A DNA stretch of 64,000 nucleotides, taken from an uncultured Candidatus Saccharibacteria bacterium. Its GTDB lineage: Bacteria > Patescibacteriota > Minisyncoccia > Phycocordibacterales > UBA9973. Positions 28,603 to 35,385 of this stretch are shown in pieces (the stretch's first letter is position 1; every line of letters starts with the position of its first letter). The notes under the pieces are model-generated. The model ran no database searches, had not been told where the DNA came from, and saw only the letters and a program-made list of their open reading frames with translations. The DNA lies in NCBI GenBank assembly GCA_964484005.1, contig CAZADR010000002.1, forward strand, positions 10,318 to 74,317, in the 5' to 3' direction. The translations under genes and the position numbers were made by a program.

Positions 28603-29793
28603 TTATTCTTCTTTGACCTCTACTTTTTCTCCATCAGTGCTGGCTACTTCTTTGCCATCACCTTTGATATCTATTCTCCATCCTGTCAATTTTGCAGCGA
28701 GACGAACATTTTGTCCACCCTTGCCGATAGCGAGAGAGAGCTGGTCATTGCCTACTTCTACTGTCGCTTTGTGTTCTTTTTCATCTATTTCAATTGAAAC
28801 AACTTTGGCCGGAGAAAGAGAATTTGATACAAAGACTTTTGGGTCTTCGGACCAAGGAATTATATCTATTTTTTCACCTGAAAGTTCTCCAGTAATAGTA
28901 TTTACTCTGGTTCCTTTTTGTCCAACACAAGAACCCACCGCATCGATGTGTTCATCGTTTGAAAAAACGGCTATCTTTGAACGAGCGCCCGCTTCGCGAG
29001 CGACTGATTTTATTTCCACAACTTCGCTCTCTATCTCAGGAGCTTCCATTGCAAAAAGTTTCTCTATAAATTTTGGATGAGTGCGTGAAAGACGCAAGTT
29101 TATTCCTCTTGGTGTGTCTTCTACGCTGTAGAGATATGCGCGGATACGCTGACTGCGTTGCCAATATTCTCCTGGAATTTGTTCTTCGGCAGGGAGGATA
29201 CCGGTAGCTCTGTTGAAATCAACATAAATATTTCCGCGTTCTACTTTTTGTACGATTCCAGAAATAATTTCGCCTTCTTTGGTTCCATATTCATCTATGA
29301 TAGAAGTGCGTTCTGCTTCACGAATCTTTTGGATGATGACTTGCTTTGCAGTCTGAGCGGCGATGCGTCCATAATCGTCTTTGGCTTCAAGAGGAAAAAT
29401 GATTTCATCATTGAGCTCTGCCCCCTTTTTTATTTTTTTTGCGTCTTCTAAAAGAATGTGATGTTCGGGGTTGAAGTGCACGCGTTCATCGCCATCATCT
29501 TTGATAGAGTATTCCACTTCTTTTATGTTTTTTTTGTGACCGACAGTTTCTTCTTCAACAGGTTCATCCATGATAGCGATACTTTCATCTACCACAATTT
29601 TTACCTGATAGAAATCTGTCGCACCGGTTTCCATATCAAATTTTGAACGGATTATTTGTCCTTTCTTGCCGTAATCTTTTTTGTAAGCGGCCGCCATGGC
29701 TTGTTCGATGGCTTCCAATATTTTTTCTTTTGGTATTTTTCTCTCTTCTTCTAGTTGCTCTAGTGCTGATTTGAATGTTTTTATATCTAACAT
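28603..29793 (-). CDS. nusA: Transcription termination/antitermination factor NusA
   Basis: MLDIKTFKSALEQLEEERKIPKEKILEAIEQA N-terminus, S1 and two KH domains; 396 aa. Confidence 0.85.
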   Translation of the reverse strand: MLDIKTFKSALEQLEEERKIPKEKILEAIEQAMAAAYKKDYGKKGQIIRSKFDMETGATDFYQVKIVVDESIAIMDEPVEEETVGHKKNIKEVEYSIKDDGDERVHFNPEHHILLEDAKKIKKGAELNDEIIFPLEAKDDYGRIAAQTAKQVIIQKIREAERTSIIDEYGTKEGEIISGIVQKVERGNIYVDFNRATGILPAEEQIPGEYWQRSQRIRAYLYSVEDTPRGINLRLSRTHPKFIEKLFAMEAPEIESEVVEIKSVAREAGARSKIAVFSNDEHIDAVGSCVGQKGTRVNTITGELSGEKIDIIPWSEDPKVFVSNSLSPAKVVSIEIDEKEHKATVEVGNDQLSLAIGKGGQNVRLAAKLTGWRIDIKGDGKEVASTDGEKVEVKEE

Positions 29794-29829
29794 AATGATT
29801 TTTAAGGAATGTAATGACTATAAAAATCA

Positions 29830-29894
29830 TTACCCTGTGAAATGAAATCTTTCAGATTTCAGCTTTTTCGAAGAAAAAGTTATTTCACTGGGGT
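29830..29894. repeat. Short palindromic element (TACCCTGTGAAAT ... ATTTCACTGGGG) with internal hairpin
   Basis: Terminal IRs of 11-12 bp with an inner AGCTTTTTCGAAGAAAAAGT hairpin; same family as 28496-28558 and 17752-17889. Confidence 0.5.
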
Positions 29895-29942
29895 TGTAAA
29901 CTTACAACCACTTCTCTTGTTAATTAATTTATAAACAAATTA

Positions 29943-30221
29943 TTACCCTGTTAAATATGATTTGAGCCGATTTCGCAAAAACTGTTTTCCGTATGTTGTC
30001 TTTAGATATTCTTCACGATGCATTGCATCATGTTTATCTAAACAAGCTTCGGAATAAATCAGTTCTAATGGCCTTCGATCTTTTGTTGAACTAACTTGAC
30101 CTTTGCAATGTTGCTCAAATCTAGATTTCAAATCATTCGTATATCCGACATATAGTTTTTTGTCTTTTTGGGACTTTAAAACATATATGTAGTAAAACTT
30201 TTTTATTTGATTTGAAATCAT
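29943..30221 (-). CDS. Small GIY-YIG nuclease-family protein
   Basis: YYIYVLKS..KLYVGYTNDLKSRFEQH is a GIY-YIG domain; 92 aa; divergent paralog of 19892..20146. Confidence 0.7.
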   Translation of the reverse strand: MISNQIKKFYYIYVLKSQKDKKLYVGYTNDLKSRFEQHCKGQVSSTKDRRPLELIYSEACLDKHDAMHREEYLKTTYGKQFLRNRLKSYLTG

Positions 30222-30231
30222 TTAACAGGGT
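29945..30231. mobile_element. Miniature GIY-YIG element with 12-bp terminal IRs ACCCTGTTAAAT / ATTTAACAGGGT
   Basis: IRs at 29945-29956 and 30220-30231 exactly bracket the 92-aa GIY-YIG ORF; the IR sequence is related to the ORF-less palindromic elements nearby. Confidence 0.5.
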
Positions 30232-30520
30232 TTAAAAAAATATAATCGCTTTGCTTCTTATTTTTTTAAAAATAAAAGCCCTGTTTCTGACAGGACTCAT
30301 ATATAAGGAGCATAGCACAAAGCTTGTTTTAATGCAATGGACTAGGTTTGACAAAAAGGGGAAAGTATTGCTAAGATGTGTATAACAAGGGTTCCTTAAC
30401 AACTAACCCCCAAGTCCTATTGATTTTATTGTCTTTTGGGTCAATAAAGTTAAATGAAAGTTCTGGATGAACTTTCAACCTAAGATACAATAGAAAATAT
30501 GGGCAAGAAAGGAGGTAGTT

Positions 30521-30724
30521 ATGACTGAAAAGCATTGGGTGAATGAAGACCATTACCGCACCGTCTCAAGTGACGGCAAGACATCTTACCTCTTCAAGGA
30601 CGACGGAGGATCCTTCTTCACCGATACGTGCGTGGAAGTCACAGACCATCACAGTGATGGGACGACCGATGCGTACGAACCCGACAACTCCCTTTTCAGC
30701 GATGGAAAGGGAGATCACAAGTAG
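30521..30724 (+). CDS. Small acidic hypothetical protein, GC-rich
   Basis: 67-aa ORF with AGGAGG SD 6 nt upstream, a TTGACA-N18-TAAGAT promoter about 150 nt upstream, and a terminator hairpin at 30755-30790; GC is clearly above the local background. Confidence 0.4.
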   Translation: MTEKHWVNEDHYRTVSSDGKTSYLFKDDGGSFFTDTCVEVTDHHSDGTTDAYEPDNSLFSDGKGDHK

Positions 30725-30793
30725 TAGGCTTTCGGAAGATGGCCTACACATAAAGGTGGTTCATTCGTGAGCCACCTTTATTTTTATTAAACT

Positions 30794-31342
30794 TCAGAAG
30801 TTGTAAACATAAAGTTTTTTATTTTTTTGCCAATTAGGTAATCCTGTTTCTAAAATCTTATCAGGTTTTCTTTTTGAAAATTCAAAATCGCAAGAAACAA
30901 CTCTTGAGCCAACTTTTAATTCTTTTTCAAATTTAGGAAGAAGTTTATCCATAGCTTCTGGAAAAAGATATAAAAAAATATGAGAAGCTTCAGAAATATT
31001 AGTTTTATAAAAATTTCCATATAAGATATAAATATTTTTTGAAGAATTTAACAGTTTTTTTATTTTTGCAAGCATAAATGGAAAAGGGGAAATTTCAACG
31101 CCAATACAGGAGATATTGGGATTTGATTTTAATGCTTCTAAAAGAACTCGCCCGTCTCCACACCCTAGGTCATAGAGAGTACTATCCTCTTTTAATTCTA
31201 GTGCTGAAACAATTTTATTTAAAACCTCTTTTCGTACAGGTACAAATGGTATTAGTGAAAAAAGTGGAGTGATAAGGAAAAGGAGGGCAGAAAGAAAAAT
31301 TAAAAGCAACAGAAAGAGCAATAAGTAAGATAAAATTATCAT
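30794..31342 (-). CDS. Class I SAM-dependent methyltransferase with N-terminal TM anchor
   Basis: Motif I LYDLGCGDGRVLLEA; hydrophobic N-terminus. Confidence 0.6.
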   Translation of the reverse strand: MIILSYLLLFLLLLIFLSALLFLITPLFSLIPFVPVRKEVLNKIVSALELKEDSTLYDLGCGDGRVLLEALKSNPNISCIGVEISPFPFMLAKIKKLLNSSKNIYILYGNFYKTNISEASHIFLYLFPEAMDKLLPKFEKELKVGSRVVSCDFEFSKRKPDKILETGLPNWQKNKKLYVYNF

Positions 31343-31372
31343 AAAAGCATAATAACATATTTTTGTTTGTTT

Positions 31373-31606
31373 CTAACGAGAAATCCAGGTATTTGTCGGA
31401 ATACCAGATTGTAATATTATACCTTTCATTGTTCTTGGCTTAATAGACAAACTACCGTGCCTGGGAACACAAACTTGTTTCATGATTTTATTTATATGAC
31501 CCACATAATAGTAGTGACTTCCTTTTATATAATTTAAACGAAAGTTGTGTTCTTTTAGAAAAGTTTCTACATCTCTAAATGTCCAATTGAGAATACCTCT
31601 TGGCAT
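31373..31606 (-). CDS. hicA: HicA-family mRNA interferase toxin
   Basis: FLKEHNFRLNYIKGSHYYY...VPRHG..L...MKGIILQSGI matches the HicA pattern (KGSH motif); 77 aa. Confidence 0.6.
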   Translation of the reverse strand: MPRGILNWTFRDVETFLKEHNFRLNYIKGSHYYYVGHINKIMKQVCVPRHGSLSIKPRTMKGIILQSGIPTNTWISR

Positions 31607-31612
31607 ATGTTG

Positions 31613-31939
31613 TTATATATTAACGACTCCATAATATCGTATTTCATCATATGGAGATTTGATAGGCTTCTTGCTCTCTATCAATTTTTTCCAAAGCTTT
31701 TCGTATTCTTCGTCTGCTTTTTGATTTAAAGGTGAAACTCGAGAACCTTTTATTTTAGCTTGAGATTCTACATAACCTTGAATAGCTTCCAATAGATTAT
31801 TTTGTGCGACATAAGCATCATCGGAAGATTCTACAATATTAAATTCCAGAGCCACAGCATACCATGTGTCTTTTTCTCTAAAAACTATAGTTCTAACTGA
31901 GCCTTTTTGTATTGTATTCATACAATGACATGGTACCAC
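31613..31939 (-). CDS. hicB: HicB-like antitoxin (UPF0150 fold); probable start at internal Met (31921)
   Basis: FREKDTWYAVALEFNIVESSDDAYVAQNNLLEAIQGYVE resembles the HicB N-domain; ends 7 nt before hicA. Confidence 0.45.
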   Translation of the reverse strand: MVPCHCMNTIQKGSVRTIVFREKDTWYAVALEFNIVESSDDAYVAQNNLLEAIQGYVESQAKIKGSRVSPLNQKADEEYEKLWKKLIESKKPIKSPYDEIRYYGVVNI

Positions 31940-32022
31940 ATAAATATTTTAAATGCTAAATATGCTTGTTCAAATACAAAAATTACCCCCAAACCCCATA
32001 TTTTGCTGGTTTTAAAGGTTAT

Positions 32023-32340
32023 CCCCCACACCTTTCGTTTTATACCCTTAAATCATATAATGGCTGTTATGTATTACATGTATGTTCTAAAAAGTCTTAA
32101 AGATGAGAAATTATATATTGGTTCTACTGATGATTTAAGGCGAAGACTTTCGGAACACAACAAGGGACTTAATCGTTCAACTAAAGCAAGACGTCCATTT
32201 GAACTTCGTTACTATGAGGCTTGTGCTGACGAACGTGATGCTAGAACAAGGGAATATAATTTAAAAAAAGATGGAAAAGCGCTTGGGCAACTTAAACGAA
32301 GAATCTCCGAAAGTCTTAAATAAAACAAAAGGTGTGGGGG
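32023..32340. mobile_element. Miniature GIY-YIG element (second copy of 19848..20163 type)
   Basis: IR CCCCCACACCTTT at 32023-32035 and AAAGGTGTGGGGG at 32328-32340, both with TTAT immediately outside; encloses a near-identical GIY-YIG ORF. Confidence 0.5.
32060..32323 (+). CDS. Small GIY-YIG nuclease-family protein
   Basis: Product nearly identical to 19892..20146 (MYYMYVLKSLKDEKLYIGSTDDLRRRLSEHN...); the track ORF 31907 start is too early and the real start is 32060 or 32069. Confidence 0.7.
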   Translation: MAVMYYMYVLKSLKDEKLYIGSTDDLRRRLSEHNKGLNRSTKARRPFELRYYEACADERDARTREYNLKKDGKALGQLKRRISESLK

Positions 32341-32369
32341 TTATTCACAGGATGTTCACAGTTCACTTG

Positions 32370-32477
32370 CCTTGCTTTTTGAGTTTATTTGTGGTATACT
32401 TTAGGTGATAGAGTAGCTCTTCGACAACTTTTCACTAAACAAACAATAAACAAAAATGACATTCAAAGGAGGATGCC
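32370..32477 (+). promoter_or_regulatory. Conserved promoter plus 5-prime leader, copy B
   Basis: TTGCTT (32372-32377), 17-bp spacer, TGGTATACT (32392-32400), leader ending AAAGGAGGATGCCATG at the rSAM start. Confidence 0.6.
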
Positions 32478-33575
32478 ATGAAAGTTGTTCCGACCACTGC
32501 TTGGCTAACAGTAAATAGATCCTGCAATTTTCGTTGTAGCTGGTGTTACGCAAAAAGTGATGTATTTGACAACAAAGATACATTAACAATGGAGCTCGCA
32601 TTAAGACTCCTGACAATTATTAAAGAAATGGGAATCAGTCACATTACATTGATTGGTGGTGAGCCCACGCTTTGGAAATATTTAATGGATTTTAATACCA
32701 ATTGTCGTGAAATGGGTATTAAATCCTCGTTGGTAACAAATGCTTATCGTTTTGGTGATGATAATTTTTGGAGTCAGTATATCAAAAACCCGAACGACAA
32801 AGTAAGTGTTTCCCTTAAGGCTTTTGATAATAAGTCAGCAATGGAATTTGTCGGAATAAATAACTTTGAATTAATGACAACTGGAATAAAGAGAGCCATT
32901 TCCGAGTTTAATAGTGGGGTTTCTTTTCTTTGTAATTCATTTGCTAATGGTAACCTAATGTCATTGGCGAGAGTTGCTCACGAATGTGGAGCTCGTAGCA
33001 TAGCTATTAGTCCGTGCACACCATCTTTTTCCAAAGAAGGTGTCGATATTGTGGGGATGCTTGAATCAGGAGAATTAGTTGCAAGTTTCACCTCTGAATA
33101 CGAAGAGATGAGTAATCTTTTTGGAAATAGATTAACTTTTGCAATAAAAACTCCGCTATGTATTTGGCCGCGGAATTTTATTGAAAAGCTGATAACAAGA
33201 AAACAGCTACGAGCAACATGCCAACTCCAACATCGATCAGGGATTATATTTGATCCAAAGGGTCAAGTGTCAGCTTGTAATAGTTTAGCCAATTTTCCGA
33301 TTGGAATAATTGACAAAAACTACAATAATGCTGAATCCCTGATTCAAATTTTGAATAGTGATAATGTGGTTAGAGTTTATAATCACATTAATTCTTATCC
33401 TTCGGAAGTCTGTATTAATTGCCCCGACAACTCAATTTGTCGTGGCGGTTGTCCTTTAATGTGGTCAGTCTATGACCCTAAAAAACATATTCCAGGTTGG
33501 AATATGGGAGAAAAACAGAAAGGAGGTGATAAAAATGGACAAGCTGCTGGAGCTCATCTCGGTAACCGGGATTGA
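32478..33575 (+). CDS. Radical SAM enzyme with C-terminal SPASM domain (candidate peptide maturase)
   Basis: CNFRCSWCY (CX3CX2C) at residues 16-24 and C-terminal CINCPDNSICRGGCP (CX2CX5CX3C SPASM signature); 365 aa. Confidence 0.8.
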   Translation: MKVVPTTAWLTVNRSCNFRCSWCYAKSDVFDNKDTLTMELALRLLTIIKEMGISHITLIGGEPTLWKYLMDFNTNCREMGIKSSLVTNAYRFGDDNFWSQYIKNPNDKVSVSLKAFDNKSAMEFVGINNFELMTTGIKRAISEFNSGVSFLCNSFANGNLMSLARVAHECGARSIAISPCTPSFSKEGVDIVGMLESGELVASFTSEYEEMSNLFGNRLTFAIKTPLCIWPRNFIEKLITRKQLRATCQLQHRSGIIFDPKGQVSACNSLANFPIGIIDKNYNNAESLIQILNSDNVVRVYNHINSYPSEVCINCPDNSICRGGCPLMWSVYDPKKHIPGWNMGEKQKGGDKNGQAAGAHLGNRD

Positions 33576-33687
33576 GAGATCCGACGTGGGTCGCGAGTTG
33601 TTTTTGTATTCAGGAGACTGTGATTGTTCTCCTGATACAGATGACTGCTCAAACCCCAACGACTGCGACTGCGACTGCGCGCCGTAA
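33535..33687 (+). CDS. 50-aa Cys/Asp-rich peptide (candidate RiPP precursor, SCIFF/ranthipeptide-like)
   Basis: ATG at 33535 preceded by AGGAGGTGA; overlaps the rSAM 3-prime end by 41 nt. Product MDKLLELISVTGIERSDVGRELFLYSGDCDCSPDTDDCSNPNDCDCDCAP has 6 Cys, all in the last 23 residues, each adjacent to Asp. GC-rich. Confidence 0.55.
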   Translation: MDKLLELISVTGIERSDVGRELFLYSGDCDCSPDTDDCSNPNDCDCDCAP

Positions 33688-33738
33688 GTAGAATCGTCCC
33701 CCATAACAACTTATCGTTATGGGGGACATTTATATAAA

Positions 33739-34380
33739 ATGAATAAAATAAAATTTTCAATTAAATATTCAAAAGAACTTGAGATTCAACGGGTTTTGTC
33801 TACTAAGAAAAAACTTAAATGGTATTTTGATAATGGTTATAATTTAAACAATTCGGCTTTACCTAAATATATAAGCATAAAAGAATTGGATAAAGCTCCC
33901 AAGGGTGAGCTAATTAAATACATAAATGAAGAATATACTCCAAAGCTTTTTCAATTAAACAAAAAAGAAATCAGTTTTCTTTTACCAGATTACTTGAATA
34001 AATTAGAAGATTATTTTTCTAAAATAAACGTAAAACCAATTTTAAACATAAGAATCATACTCACAAAATACGGAACTGCTGGAAGTTATATTGTTCCAAA
34101 TATTATTGTGATTAATGTTTCAAATTTTTTTAGTATTGGATTAATAAGAAATATTTTACATGAAATAATTCATTTGCATATTCAAGATTTAATAAATAAA
34201 TATGAAATAAAACAATGGGAGAAAGAAATAATCGTCGATAGTGTTTTTGAAAAGTTTTCAGCTTCTCTTTTTAAGAGACAAAATTATCCAATAAATGCAT
34301 TTGAAATTCAAAAAATCTTTAATGAAAGTTATCCAAATATTGAGTTAATTATTTCAAGAATTTTAAAAATAAGACTGTAA
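33739..34380 (+). CDS. Hypothetical protein with HExxH motif (candidate metallopeptidase)
   Basis: NILHEIIHLH contains HEIIH; 213 aa; directly downstream of the peptide ORF. Confidence 0.4.
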   Translation: MNKIKFSIKYSKELEIQRVLSTKKKLKWYFDNGYNLNNSALPKYISIKELDKAPKGELIKYINEEYTPKLFQLNKKEISFLLPDYLNKLEDYFSKINVKPILNIRIILTKYGTAGSYIVPNIIVINVSNFFSIGLIRNILHEIIHLHIQDLINKYEIKQWEKEIIVDSVFEKFSASLFKRQNYPINAFEIQKIFNESYPNIELIISRILKIRL

Positions 34381-34444
34381 GTATATTCTCCTAAAAACTT
34401 AAAAAATCAAGGTTTTTCAGGCTTTTCCGCCAGCTATACACACT

Positions 34445-34562
34445 TTGCTTGACTTGCTTTTTGAGTTTGTTTGTGGTATATTTACCCCAAAGAAGCACAG
34501 TTCTCTGACTTTTCAATATTCACTAAACGAACACAACACAAATTCATCCGAAGGAGGATGCC
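34445..34562 (+). promoter_or_regulatory. Conserved promoter plus 5-prime leader, copy C
   Basis: TTGCTT (34454-34459), 17-bp spacer, TGGTATATT (34474-34482); CAGTTCTCTGACTTTTCAATATTCAC..AAC.CAACAC block shared with copy A; ends GAAGGAGGATGCCATG. Confidence 0.6.
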
Positions 34563-35255
34563 ATGCGCAAATTCGTAATGTATTTTCTTGTCGCAGTATT
34601 TCTGTGCTCGGCATTCTCTCTGAGTGCCGACAGACGACGTCCCGCGCGTAGCGGAATGCAACCGACATTTCTCACCAAGCAGACTTCTCTGTCTGTGGTG
34701 GGACCCAACGAGAAAGGGGAATACAGTGCGCCTTTTGTGGCCTGGTTCCCGGTTTCAAATGGAACAACGGTAAGTAGTTATACCGTGGATGTTAATGGTA
34801 ACAAAACTCCAATTGTGGGCGCGTCTTTCACTGTCACCGCGGAAAATGCCGATCACGGTTGGGCAATGCAACTCTGGGGACCTTTTACTGGCGGATATGC
34901 GCCAATTCCCACGAGTAGTGGTATTGTTGCTTTCCGCGTGGAATTCACGGGAAATTTCCAGACTTACAGTGTCAACGCAAGGGTTCCGGATGGAACACGT
35001 GCTACTGCTGTGGTAGATGTCTACCCCGACGGGAAGCTCTTCCTCAAGCAGTCTTACGCTGTTCTTCCGGTCGCTAGCCTCAACGGTCGAGGCCATCCTG
35101 TGGTAAATGGTTGGATCACTCCGACTCAGTATTATACTGGATCGGATGTGGTTGTTGCTGTTTGCTCCGGATTTCCGGACTCGCAGTGTCAGACCCAGGT
35201 GGTCGACATTCCGGCTCCTCAGACCAACGCAGGAAAAACGTTTAGTTTCGAATAA
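34563..35255 (+). CDS. Secreted hypothetical protein, GC-rich, paralog of 3623..4405
   Basis: Signal peptide MRKFVMYFLVAVFLCSAFSLSA followed by DRRRPAR; C-terminal GFPDSQCQTQVVDIPAP matches GYPDAECSTVQVDIPDT of the paralog. Confidence 0.65.
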   Translation: MRKFVMYFLVAVFLCSAFSLSADRRRPARSGMQPTFLTKQTSLSVVGPNEKGEYSAPFVAWFPVSNGTTVSSYTVDVNGNKTPIVGASFTVTAENADHGWAMQLWGPFTGGYAPIPTSSGIVAFRVEFTGNFQTYSVNARVPDGTRATAVVDVYPDGKLFLKQSYAVLPVASLNGRGHPVVNGWITPTQYYTGSDVVVAVCSGFPDSQCQTQVVDIPAPQTNAGKTFSFE

Positions 35256-35290
35256 GAAGTCAAACTCGAATCGGTAAAACGATTCATAAC

Positions 35291-35320
35291 TTGCCCCGCA
35301 CTTGTGCGGGGCTTTTTTAT
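35291..35320 (+). terminator. Rho-independent terminator
   Basis: GCCCCGCA-CTTG-TGCGGGGC followed by TTTTTTATTT; homologous to the 4429-4458 terminator. Confidence 0.7.
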
Positions 35321-35385
35321 TTGTAAACATTTTGTGTTGATAACTTTCTTCACTTACTTTTTATTTTGCTGTATAATTAAAATCT

